A DNA stretch of 64,000 bases from positions 256,001 through 320,000 of the forward strand of contig CP045477.1 of NCBI GenBank assembly GCA_009392915.1, written 5' to 3'. Shown here one piece after another: positions 10,322 to 19,958 of this stretch. The notes under the pieces are model-generated. The model saw only the letters and a list, made by a program, of their open reading frames with translations. It did not search any database and had not been told where the DNA came from. The stretch comes from Candidatus Forterrea multitransposorum CG_2015-17_Forterrea_25_41. GTDB taxonomy: Archaea > Iainarchaeota > Iainarchaeia > Iainarchaeales > CSSED10-239. A program made the position numbers and the translations under genes. Each line of letters opens with the position of its first letter. Position 1 is the stretch's first letter.

Positions 10322-10684
10322 ATGAGAAGATACATTTATTTATTTTTAATCGTTTTCTTAGTTTTTCCATTTATTTCTGCACTTAGTTATGATAATGAAA
10401 TCTATGTAAACCCTTTTGTTTTTGGTGTAATTAGAGGGGATGATGGGGAAGTTATTTCAAATATTTCTGATGATGAAATAATAGATCCTGAAATGCAAGT
10501 TTCAAGTGCAAATGGGTTTACTAAAAAATCAGATCTTGATTTAACCATAAGAGAGAATCTTTTGATTTTTAAACTTCCTTCTTATCAAAAAACAAATAAT
10601 AATTCTTTAAATAAATATACTTTTATTTATAATACCTTTGATTATCCTTCAAAGAATGTAAATATTTTATTTAAATTAAATTGA
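10322..10684 (+). CDS. Small secreted protein (120 aa), unknown function
   Basis: N-terminal signal-peptide-like sequence MRRYIYLFLIVFLVFPFISA|LS. A TATA-like ttaatatatatatatt lies ~25-30 nt upstream of the ATG with no SD, suggesting a leaderless start. The stop overlaps the start region of the next gene. Confidence 0.55.
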   Translation: MRRYIYLFLIVFLVFPFISALSYDNEIYVNPFVFGVIRGDDGEVISNISDDEIIDPEMQVSSANGFTKKSDLDLTIRENLLIFKLPSYQKTNNNSLNKYTFIYNTFDYPSKNVNILFKLN

Positions 10685-10692
10685 GAAAATAT

Positions 10693-13110
10693 ATGAGATA
10701 TTTAAAAAAAATTATTTTAACAGTAATATTAATTACTTTTATTTTACTAGTTCAATCATATGTGTTTTCAGCAAGTTGTAATTTAACTCCAAATCAAACT
10801 TCTCTTAGAACTCTTTCTTTAGGTTGTAGTGGTGATGCTTGTGATTTTGTTTTAATTAAAAGTGAAGATGTATCTTCTCAATATAATTCTTGTATTGATT
10901 CTTGTGATCCTGATAATTATCCTGAAAATTACAAAACTTGTATGACTGATTGTTATGATTCTTCAATTAATTCTACAACTGATATTTCATTAAACAGTTC
11001 TTTAAGTTTTTCAAAATCTTCTGAATGCTCTGATAAAGAAATAAATGTTTCTTTAGCAGCAGATATTAATTTTGAAATGTTAAATGAAACAACTTCTCTT
11101 TCAATTTCAGGTATTGATTCTTTAAATACTAATGGAAAAGATATTATAATTTTTGTAAACAATAATGATAAACTTGGAGATGCAACTTTTAGGTTTGATT
11201 TTAGTGATTTAATAATTTCTGATACTTCTAAAATAATTATGACAACAAAAGAAAGAACTTCAATTACAGATTCTATTAATGGTGGGTGGGATGATTGGAA
11301 AAGAGATGGTATTAAACTTTATTTTAATAATTTAGAAATATTAGAAAATGCATCACTTGATTTAAATATGTATATTCCTAAAAATATTTTTAATGTAATT
11401 GATGAAATAGATATGCCTAGAACTTCACTTGCAGGTGGTGAATTAACTTTTGATGGAAACTTAATAGTTAATAATGGTAATTTAAATATTTATCTAAAAG
11501 CACAAGATAGTCAAGATGGTAGAAATTATATAGATTCTGGAAATTGTTTTGATGATCCAGCTTCACAAGGTGGAACTGTTAAAGAGGCAGGGCACATATT
11601 TTTTAACTTAAATTATTTAGAGAATAATGGTTTACTTTTTTCTAAAATGTTATCTGGAAATGGTGGTATTGGAGGTAATGGATCAAAAGCTCAGGATGGA
11701 TGTCGTGGAGATCCTCCAGGTCATGGTGGTAGAGGGGGAAATGCAGGAGATATTTTTTTATATATTAATAATATAGATAATACTAGTAATATTGATTTTA
11801 ATTTAATTGCAGGAAATGCTGGTCCTGGTGGAGATACAGGTTTTGATGGTGGAAATTCTCGTGAAAATTTTGCTATTGGAGGTTCTGGTGGTAATGGAGG
11901 AAATATTTATTTTTGTAAACCAATTTGGAATTCTGGCTTTAGTTGTTTGATAAATAATTATAATTCATTAATAAATAAAGGTAATTTTAATTTAGTTGCA
12001 AATACTGGTTTTGGAAATAATGGTGGAAATAAGAATAATCATCCTGATGAAGGTAGAGCAGGAGATGGAGGAGATGGTGGTTCTTATTTATCAAGTTTAA
12101 CGTTTGATTTTATAAGAAACTCTGGAAATTTAAATATTGCTCTTGAAACAGGTTATGGTGGTTTTAAAGGAACTACTGATGGTGGTGAAGATGGTGTTGG
12201 TGGAAGAACTCCTAATTTTTTTATTAATTTCTTAGAAAATTCTTCTGAAAATTTAAATATATTTTTAAACAGTAAACATGAAATTGGTAATCTTGAATCA
12301 GATGTTATTATTGATAAATTACAAAATGGTAGTTATCTACCAAGTATGATATATACTGTTTTTACTGATTGGACTTTTACACCTAGTGAAGAGTGTGCAA
12401 TTAGTTGTCAATCTAAATTTGATTCTTGTTATCATTTGCCTTCAGCTTGTAATAGATTTTTAGATATGTGTTTATATACTTGTGATAAAACTACAGAAGA
12501 TCTTGAAACTGTTACACAAAATAGAAAAATAAAAATTAATGATGCATGTTATGTTAAACAACCATCAAGTGCTTTAGATTATATGACTGGATTTATATAT
12601 GTTAATTCTGCAAATAAAGATGTTTTTGAAAATCTTCTTCCAGAAAATGTTTCTTCTAATCTTACTAATAACTCAGAATGTGTAATCTGTGATTATTATG
12701 ATTTTGAAAATTTAAATGAAATATTTCCAACAGGTTCTGGAAATAAATTCTTTAAAAACTATACTTTATATTCTACAGTTCAAGGAAAAATTAATGCAGG
12801 AGATTTAGAAATACATTATGCTAAAAATGATCTATCTTTTACAAAAATAAATAAGCTTTATAATCCTTTTACAAAAGAAAATAATCTCCCACTTTATTCT
12901 AATAAACAAGATATAACAAGTAGTCAAGAACCTAATTCTCTAGGTTTGTATGAATATAATATAGATGCAAGTAATCTTGAATGGTATTATGATAAAGAAA
13001 TGGACTTATCAGAAAAAGATTTATATTGTTATAATCAAAATTATAGAATTGAAGGAAAAATAGGAACTAAGATTTTTAACTTCCCATTTACTCCATTATT
13101 TAAAAATTAA
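10693..13110 (+). CDS. Secreted or anchored protein (~805 aa) with a central Gly-rich repeat region (beta-solenoid-like) flanked by two Cys-rich segments
   Basis: The ORF track starts at TTG 10681; ATG 10693 is the more likely start. N-terminal hydrophobic segment ILTVILITFILLVQSYVFSA. About five repeats follow the pattern GNLNI.L..G.GG..G (GNLNIYLKA, SNIDFNLIAGNAGPGGDTG, GNFNLVANTGFGNNGGN, GNLNIALETGYGGFKG, ENLNIFLNS). Cx3C-type Cys clusters lie at nt 10777-10953 and 12394-12483. Confidence 0.75.
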   Translation: MRYLKKIILTVILITFILLVQSYVFSASCNLTPNQTSLRTLSLGCSGDACDFVLIKSEDVSSQYNSCIDSCDPDNYPENYKTCMTDCYDSSINSTTDISLNSSLSFSKSSECSDKEINVSLAADINFEMLNETTSLSISGIDSLNTNGKDIIIFVNNNDKLGDATFRFDFSDLIISDTSKIIMTTKERTSITDSINGGWDDWKRDGIKLYFNNLEILENASLDLNMYIPKNIFNVIDEIDMPRTSLAGGELTFDGNLIVNNGNLNIYLKAQDSQDGRNYIDSGNCFDDPASQGGTVKEAGHIFFNLNYLENNGLLFSKMLSGNGGIGGNGSKAQDGCRGDPPGHGGRGGNAGDIFLYINNIDNTSNIDFNLIAGNAGPGGDTGFDGGNSRENFAIGGSGGNGGNIYFCKPIWNSGFSCLINNYNSLINKGNFNLVANTGFGNNGGNKNNHPDEGRAGDGGDGGSYLSSLTFDFIRNSGNLNIALETGYGGFKGTTDGGEDGVGGRTPNFFINFLENSSENLNIFLNSKHEIGNLESDVIIDKLQNGSYLPSMIYTVFTDWTFTPSEECAISCQSKFDSCYHLPSACNRFLDMCLYTCDKTTEDLETVTQNRKIKINDACYVKQPSSALDYMTGFIYVNSANKDVFENLLPENVSSNLTNNSECVICDYYDFENLNEIFPTGSGNKFFKNYTLYSTVQGKINAGDLEIHYAKNDLSFTKINKLYNPFTKENNLPLYSNKQDITSSQEPNSLGLYEYNIDASNLEWYYDKEMDLSEKDLYCYNQNYRIEGKIGTKIFNFPFTPLFKN

Positions 13111-13133
13111 TTTAAAAAAAGAGAAGAAAGAAT

Positions 13134-16100
13134 ATGTCAATATTTAAAAAATCAAGAGACAAAATAGAAGCAGAAAAGCTATATGCTCTTTTATCAGACA
13201 AAACTACAAACTATACTCTAGAGGATATTAAAGAGACTATTAAAAAACAAGGTTATTCTGATAAAGTTTCTTCAATTGTTGTAAAGATGATTACAGATAA
13301 TAAACTTCCTTTAAAAGATTCAGTTAATAAAACAAAAACAAAAGAAGAAGTCTTAAAAGAATTATCAGCTTCTGTTGATAAAAACTTCTCTAAACAAAAT
13401 CCAAAAGATTCTTCAAAAGATTCAAAAAAAGAAGATAAAAATAATCAAAAAGAAAATACAAAAAAACAAGAAGATATTAAAAAAGAAGATTCTAAAAAAC
13501 AAAAAGAAGATCTTAAAAAAACAAAAGAAACAAATTTAAAAAATATTAATAAAGTTCCTTTCTTTACAAAAGTAAAAACTTTCTTTAAAAGAATATATTT
13601 CTTTTTTGAAGATAATTACTATAAGATGGTTGATGGTGTAAGTAAAGTTATACCTCTAAACAAATTAACAGACAAAATAGATAAAGTTTTCCCAAGTTTC
13701 ATATTATTCTTATTAATCTTAGCTTTATTGATATATTTAATACTTTCAGGAAGTTTATCTTTCTCTAAAACTTGGACAGTTGCTGTAGAGGTTTATGACC
13801 CATCTTCTGTACCCTTAAAAGATGTTTCTGTAACTTTAATGCTTAAAGATGAAAATTTTTCAACTTTAAAAACAGATATTTTTGGTGAAGTTATTTTTAG
13901 TGATTTTAAATCTAGAAAACAAAATATTAATTTAATAGCTTCTAAAGATAATTATGATACAGTTGAACATTCCTTTAAATTAAGTAAAAGTAATTTAAGA
14001 CAAAAGTTATATCTTCCAACAGATGTAAATTCTAAGATTGATCCTTCAGAAGAAGAAGTAAGAGAAATTTCTTTTGTTGAAAATAATACTGTTTTAATAA
14101 CAGATTCTGTATTAACTACAAATTTTTCTTGTACTAATGCAGATGTAGAACCTAATCCTACAAGAAAAGTTATTTCTTCAGGAAAGGTAACAGTTACAAC
14201 TTATTCTGGTTGTGGTGCTTTAAGAGTTTCTGTAACTTCAGATGATTTTTCTTCAATTACAAATCAAGTTATAAATTCTTCAAATAAAGTAAATCTTACA
14301 AGAATTAATCTTGATAGAGGTAATTTAGGTTTCTCTGTTAAAAACATATCTGGAAGTTCAATTCCTGGAACAGAAGTTAAAGTTTATAGTTCTTCAAACA
14401 CTACTTTTCCTCATGATACAACCACAACTGATCTTTATGGTTTAGGTGAGTTTAGTTTAGAACCTAAAAGTTATTTTTTAACTTTCTCAAAAGAAGGTTA
14501 TCTAACAAATCCTTTAAAAGGTCCTTTAACTGTTATTAAAAATGATTCTGTAAACACAGATGTAGTTTTATTTACTTTAGATGATCTTTTAGAATTTGAT
14601 TGTTCTGATGATAAATATTCACAATTTTGTATTGCTGATGAAATTGATTGTTTTAATCCAAACTTAAAACCATTTTTAATAAATAATGCTGATGGTTCTT
14701 GTACAATTGGAAGACCAGGTTATATTTCTGTAACTTTAAAAGATGTTAATTCTGGAGAACCTGTATATGCAGATATAACTTTAGATTCAAAATTAAAAGA
14801 ATCTGATCAAAACTTTTCTCTTGGTGAACATATTGCAAGGGATACTAATTTCTATACTTTTAATGTTATTGATTTCTATAATTATAGAGTAAGAGTTTTA
14901 AATACAGAAGAGAGTGGTTATCTTCAACCAGATCCAGTCACTGTAAACGGTATTGATCAAAATATAACAGTTAATTTAGAATATTCTTCTTCCCTTAACT
15001 CAGGAGATATTTCAGTAAATGTTAAGAGTGCAGATATGCCTATCTCAAATGCAAGAGTTTATTTATATAAAGAGTTTGAAGATGATTTTGTTTTAGTAAA
15101 TTCTGATCCATTATTTACAAATCAAAATGGAGATGTTAATTTTTATTCTCAAAGAGCAAATAGAGATTATTATGCTTATGCTTTACATAATGTTTTAGAT
15201 AAACAAGGAACTTCACAAACAGATGATTTAGATGTTAACTCAATACTTGATTTATCAATAGATCTTGAAGATATTCCAAAGATATTAAATCTAAAGGTAA
15301 GTCCAAGTATTTCTTATGATATTAATTTTTATAATTCTTCAGATAATCTTGTAACTGAATATGTAAGAACAGATCTTGAAGATGGAAATTCTCTTTATTA
15401 TTTTACAGGTTCTATAAATAAAGTTTATGCAGTTGTTTCTTCTTCAGGTTATACTACCTATCAAACAGATTATATTACTTTAATACCTGATCAAGAAGTT
15501 TATAAAACAGTTAATCTTTCTACACTTTCTTCTTGTGAAGACTCTAAGTTAGAAATTTTAGGTCTTTATGATGGTTCTGGAGTTTTAGAAATTGATAATA
15601 TTGATTTTGTTGAAAATGATTTAGATAAAGAATACAGATTAAAGTTTAAATATATTTCATGTACAGAAGATGAAGAATACAATCAAGCTACTTTAAGACT
15701 TGGAAGACAAGGTTTAATAGATGATGAATATTTATTCTTTGTTTCAGATCAATTTACTTCTCAAGATATAGATGTTACAAGAGGTTATAAATTTTCACAA
15801 GAACATATACCTGACTTTAATTTTGATCTTTTCAATCTTAATTATTCTCAAGATAGATCTTATGATTATTCTGGTGAAGGTTATAAATGGATTGAAATTG
15901 ATTTTGAAAAATTAAATTCTGATATCTTAGAGTTTTCAACTAACTTTAAGTTCAGAGAAGATTCAATTGTTCCTTTTGAAAACTATGTTTTAAATTATAA
16001 ATCATTTGCAAGTATTTATGATGAACTTTATTCTTTTGATCCTGTTTTAAATGAATCTTGGACAGAGATACCAATCTATCCTAATGGTTATTTTTATGCA

Positions 16101-19100
16101 GAAACAAACAAATATTTAATACCTTTTGAAAATACAGATTATATTTATTCTGTAAAATTAAAAGACTGGAATCAAAATCTTTTAGAAGAATATGCTGGTG
16201 GTTATCCTGTATCTATTAATAATTTTTATAAATATGATCTAAGTTATTTATATTTAAATCAAACAGAAAGAAACGGTAGTGTTTTACAATCTTCTCAATA
16301 TACAAATAATAATTTAGATTATTTAAGTTATGGTTATACTTCATCTTTAGGTAACTCAAGTTCAGGAGATACTCAAAATGCTACAAATAACATGACTTCA
16401 TTTTTAATACTTCCAGATTATAATACTCTTCCAGGTTCAACAGATACTACTATAAATCAAGAAATCTATTATCATATTAATGTTGATGATTATAATTATT
16501 CTTTAGATGATATTAATGCAGAGATTGGTTATTATTTAAATACTTATACTCTTTTAGAGCCAAAAGGTTTTTTTGAAAATACTAATTTTTCAGATTCAAG
16601 TATTATTTCTGATGTTTTAGATGAGTACCCTTTAGTTAATACAAGTATTTATTCTTATTTATCTGATGAAAATTTTATATTTAATATTTCAACTAACTTT
16701 TCAGGAAACAGAATAATTATTGGTGAAAATAATTTAGGTTTTAAAGTTTTAGATAATTATGGTTCTCCAGTTTCAAATGTTTTAATAAAGTATAAAGTTG
16801 ATGGTGATGAGCTTATAACTTTAGGGTCTACAAATGAACAAGGTATGCTTAGTGATCAAAATATTTTTATAAATCTTTCAGATATTGGAAAAAATATTAA
16901 TTTTGTATTTTTGTTTTCTCCAGAGTTTGGTTTCCTTGCAAACACAGTTGTAAGAAACAAAGAAATCTATTCTGGATTTTCAATAGTTCCAGAAGATATT
17001 AATTTATCTGCAAGTTATTATATTTTAAATGATCAAGTTATAATTGATCAAGTTTCTACAAATAATTATAATCTTTTAAAAGAAACAAATTATTCAAGCA
17101 CTTTAGAAGAAATTGATTTTGTTGGAGAATCAAGTTTGTTTAATCTTGATTCTATTAAAAATAAAATGATTGAAGATAATAATCTTGTAAAAGATTTATT
17201 AGAAGGAGAAAATGAAATTATTACAAGTCTTTTCTTAAACAATAATATTTCTCAATCAACAAATCTTTTAGGTTATTATAGAAATGAAATTGATATTAAT
17301 AATTCTTTAACACAATTATTAGATATTAATTCAAATGTTGAAATTATTAATCTAGGTTCAATTAACTATGATTTTAATCTTGAAAAACATTTTATGAAAG
17401 GACTATTAATTGAAAACAATAATGTTTCTCTTGAGCTTATAAAAGAAATAAACGAATTAATTACTTTAGATTTAAATCTTTTATCAGATAACTCTCAAGC
17501 AACATTTGATAGTATTTCTGTAGAGCTTCCTGAATTTTTAGATCTTGAAGAATTTAATGAAGGTTATTCTTCTTTAGTTGGAGAGTCTTTAACTTCTGAT
17601 GGTTTAATAATTCCTCTTAACTTTAAGATTAATAACTCCTATTCAGGTTCTCTTCCAACTCCAAAGGAAGATATTAATTTAACTTTTAATGTTTATCTTG
17701 ATGATAAATTAGTTTCTTTTAATAAAATAATTTCAATAAAAGTATATTCTAAAGATGACATCTTTTTAATAGAGTCTGAAGGAGACTTACAGATCTATTG
17801 TACTGTTGAAAATTGTTCTCAAAAAAAATCTTTTACTTTTAAAAAATTAGTTAATAATTATATATTAAATCTAAATAAAGAAATTGAAATCAATGAGATG
17901 GATTTAATTGAAGTTTCAAATCTTTTAAGTAATATTAATTTTATTGACCTTTCTGAAAAGAACAGAGCTTTATCTTTTAGTGCCCTATATAATTCTGTTA
18001 ACGAAGAAAATAAACAAGGTAATTTTGATTTAATTTTTAATATTAATATTTTAAATGATTCTTTTAATATAGAAATACCTATTGATTATTTAATTATAAA
18101 ATATTTAGAAGAAGAAACCATAAGTGAAATTACTTTTAATTCCTGTATTGGTGTTGGTGGTCAAGAAAGCAGTAGTGATTTATTTATTTTAGGTTATTGT
18201 CAAGATACCCAAGATACTTGTAAAACAGGAGAATCTGCTGTTCCAAAAGTATTTTTTAATTGGGCAGAATCTGACCTTTCAACAGATTATGACGGAAAAA
18301 CCTGGAATAATGTCTGTATTGGTAATAGCCAAGATACAATGTCAAGTAAATATGCTTGTGATTCCTTACAAATGTTAATTTCAATTTTTAATAAAATTGA
18401 TAATGGTGTAGAAGAATCATTCTATATTAAACTTTTAAATGATGGAATTTCTGATGCTCTTTTAAAAGATTTTATAAATTATAATACACTTTACTTAGGT
18501 TATGATAAACCTAGTGAAGAGATCTTTTCAGAAGATGCAGTTGATGATGGTTTATTTAAAATAACAATTAATAATTCTCCAGAAATTAAAATTTTCCAAC
18601 CTGGTATCTATAAAGTTTTAGTATATGGTGATGATTCAGGAAATGCATATATGGGAAGAGAAGAAGATCAAATGATAGATATACGTCTAGAAAAGGTAAG
18701 TGATCTTCCTGCATCAGAGATAAGTGTATTCCACTATATGCCATTTAATGGTAATTTAGGTTTAGATGGTACAAGAGAGGGTTACGGTATTAAAAATCAA
18801 GATAGTGATGTTGCTCAATTAACTCAAGATGTTGATATTAATTATATTGATGTTATAGATGAAATAATTCAACTATCTTTAACTAATAATAATCTAGAAA
18901 CTTCTCACTTAACACAAACATTAAAGTCTGAAGGAAAAATACTTGAATTAAATAAATATGATAGTGTTGTTGAAATGATTTATTCTCCTTCATATCCAGT
19001 ACCAATATATTCTCATGTAGCATGTATTGATAAAGATGATTTTAGTTATAATCTTTATGAAAATAATAATGCTTTAGATAATATTATAGGTGGATCATTT

Positions 19101-19577
19101 ATTGATTGGAATTTTAATAATACCATAAGATCAGATGTTAAAACAACAGTAACAGGAGATGTTACTAGATACGTATTTAACAATAATAATTTAGAAGGTT
19201 CTTTAAACCTTAATTCAATGTTATATCTTCCTGTAAAATTAAATATTGATTCTTTAAAACTTAAAACCACAGAGTTTGCAAATAATAAAAATACAACTTT
19301 ATTTACAAAGAATAATTTTACAGGTGTAAATCAAGCAGATTTAGTTTTCTCTGAAGATGATTATGTTCTTGGAAATGATTTAATAAACCTTAATACTATT
19401 AAAGGTTTATTTAATTTTATAAGTCAAGAAAAAGCATGTATTGAAAAATCTATTGATAACACAACTATTAAATGGATTGATGAAAAAGTTAATTTTACAG
19501 AACAAGAATTACTTGATATAAATAGTAATATTCCTTCTGATTATTCTTGTCTTGAAGGAGAGGTAATCATAGATTAA
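13134..19577 (+). CDS. Giant (2147 aa) type-II-like membrane protein: Lys/Glu-rich cytoplasmic N-terminus, single TM, tandem beta-sandwich repeats, short version of the conserved C-terminal module
   Basis: Long ORF. TM segment FPSFILFLLILALLIYLILSG lies at nt ~13688-13752. CarboxypepD_reg-like units are present (e.g. GFSVKNISGSSIPGTEVKVYSS...TDLYGLGEFSLEPKSYFLTFSKEGY). The C-terminal module from nt 18144 carries CKTGESAVPKVFFNW, YACDSLQ and FHYMPFNGNLGLDGTREGYGI. Confidence 0.85.
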   Translation: MSIFKKSRDKIEAEKLYALLSDKTTNYTLEDIKETIKKQGYSDKVSSIVVKMITDNKLPLKDSVNKTKTKEEVLKELSASVDKNFSKQNPKDSSKDSKKEDKNNQKENTKKQEDIKKEDSKKQKEDLKKTKETNLKNINKVPFFTKVKTFFKRIYFFFEDNYYKMVDGVSKVIPLNKLTDKIDKVFPSFILFLLILALLIYLILSGSLSFSKTWTVAVEVYDPSSVPLKDVSVTLMLKDENFSTLKTDIFGEVIFSDFKSRKQNINLIASKDNYDTVEHSFKLSKSNLRQKLYLPTDVNSKIDPSEEEVREISFVENNTVLITDSVLTTNFSCTNADVEPNPTRKVISSGKVTVTTYSGCGALRVSVTSDDFSSITNQVINSSNKVNLTRINLDRGNLGFSVKNISGSSIPGTEVKVYSSSNTTFPHDTTTTDLYGLGEFSLEPKSYFLTFSKEGYLTNPLKGPLTVIKNDSVNTDVVLFTLDDLLEFDCSDDKYSQFCIADEIDCFNPNLKPFLINNADGSCTIGRPGYISVTLKDVNSGEPVYADITLDSKLKESDQNFSLGEHIARDTNFYTFNVIDFYNYRVRVLNTEESGYLQPDPVTVNGIDQNITVNLEYSSSLNSGDISVNVKSADMPISNARVYLYKEFEDDFVLVNSDPLFTNQNGDVNFYSQRANRDYYAYALHNVLDKQGTSQTDDLDVNSILDLSIDLEDIPKILNLKVSPSISYDINFYNSSDNLVTEYVRTDLEDGNSLYYFTGSINKVYAVVSSSGYTTYQTDYITLIPDQEVYKTVNLSTLSSCEDSKLEILGLYDGSGVLEIDNIDFVENDLDKEYRLKFKYISCTEDEEYNQATLRLGRQGLIDDEYLFFVSDQFTSQDIDVTRGYKFSQEHIPDFNFDLFNLNYSQDRSYDYSGEGYKWIEIDFEKLNSDILEFSTNFKFREDSIVPFENYVLNYKSFASIYDELYSFDPVLNESWTEIPIYPNGYFYAETNKYLIPFENTDYIYSVKLKDWNQNLLEEYAGGYPVSINNFYKYDLSYLYLNQTERNGSVLQSSQYTNNNLDYLSYGYTSSLGNSSSGDTQNATNNMTSFLILPDYNTLPGSTDTTINQEIYYHINVDDYNYSLDDINAEIGYYLNTYTLLEPKGFFENTNFSDSSIISDVLDEYPLVNTSIYSYLSDENFIFNISTNFSGNRIIIGENNLGFKVLDNYGSPVSNVLIKYKVDGDELITLGSTNEQGMLSDQNIFINLSDIGKNINFVFLFSPEFGFLANTVVRNKEIYSGFSIVPEDINLSASYYILNDQVIIDQVSTNNYNLLKETNYSSTLEEIDFVGESSLFNLDSIKNKMIEDNNLVKDLLEGENEIITSLFLNNNISQSTNLLGYYRNEIDINNSLTQLLDINSNVEIINLGSINYDFNLEKHFMKGLLIENNNVSLELIKEINELITLDLNLLSDNSQATFDSISVELPEFLDLEEFNEGYSSLVGESLTSDGLIIPLNFKINNSYSGSLPTPKEDINLTFNVYLDDKLVSFNKIISIKVYSKDDIFLIESEGDLQIYCTVENCSQKKSFTFKKLVNNYILNLNKEIEINEMDLIEVSNLLSNINFIDLSEKNRALSFSALYNSVNEENKQGNFDLIFNINILNDSFNIEIPIDYLIIKYLEEETISEITFNSCIGVGGQESSSDLFILGYCQDTQDTCKTGESAVPKVFFNWAESDLSTDYDGKTWNNVCIGNSQDTMSSKYACDSLQMLISIFNKIDNGVEESFYIKLLNDGISDALLKDFINYNTLYLGYDKPSEEIFSEDAVDDGLFKITINNSPEIKIFQPGIYKVLVYGDDSGNAYMGREEDQMIDIRLEKVSDLPASEISVFHYMPFNGNLGLDGTREGYGIKNQDSDVAQLTQDVDINYIDVIDEIIQLSLTNNNLETSHLTQTLKSEGKILELNKYDSVVEMIYSPSYPVPIYSHVACIDKDDFSYNLYENNNALDNIIGGSFIDWNFNNTIRSDVKTTVTGDVTRYVFNNNNLEGSLNLNSMLYLPVKLNIDSLKLKTTEFANNKNTTLFTKNNFTGVNQADLVFSEDDYVLGNDLINLNTIKGLFNFISQEKACIEKSIDNTTIKWIDEKVNFTEQELLDINSNIPSDYSCLEGEVIID

Positions 19578-19579
19578 AT

Positions 19580-19951
19580 ATGAGTAATATTTTTTTAAAT
19601 TTTTTAAATGATTTTGATTTAATCTTACAGTTATTTTTAATTCTTACAATCATTGCATTTATCAGAAGAAGAGTAACTCACAATACATTAGCTCTTTTTT
19701 TAATAAGTGTAACAGTTATTGCTATGATCTTTTTATTCTGGCCTGTCTTTAAAATTGGATATATTTTCTATATTCTTTTGTCAGTTGGAGTTGCAGGAAT
19801 ATTTGTTGATTTCTTCTTTATTAGTGCTGGTGGTTCTGCAGAAGAGATGATGGGTAAAAAAATGGAGACTCATGGAACTCCTGGAGCAACTGAACATGCT
19901 GCAAGAAATCAATTAGTTAAAAAAATGGGTGGAAGACCTCCTGGAAGATGA
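19580..19951 (+). CDS. Small polytopic membrane protein (123 aa), basic C-terminal tail
   Basis: Starts 2 nt after the giant ORF's stop. About 3 hydrophobic helices are followed by the soluble tail MGKKMETHGTPGATEHAARNQLVKKMGGRPPGR. Confidence 0.6.
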   Translation: MSNIFLNFLNDFDLILQLFLILTIIAFIRRRVTHNTLALFLISVTVIAMIFLFWPVFKIGYIFYILLSVGVAGIFVDFFFISAGGSAEEMMGKKMETHGTPGATEHAARNQLVKKMGGRPPGR

Positions 19952-19958
19952 ATTAAAA

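Noticed and set aside
10681-10692. Alternative-start extensions used by the ORF track (TTG 10681, GTG 19929, GTG 42073, TTG 43309, GTG 57508)
   Set aside because: In each case an in-frame ATG a few codons downstream has better SD spacing or removes an overlap with the preceding gene. The coordinates were adjusted, though the starts remain unverified.
11704-11712. RGD tripeptide (CRGDPPG) in the Gly-rich protein as an integrin-type adhesion motif
   Set aside because: A single tripeptide is expected by chance, integrins are irrelevant to prokaryotic partners, and there is no supporting context.
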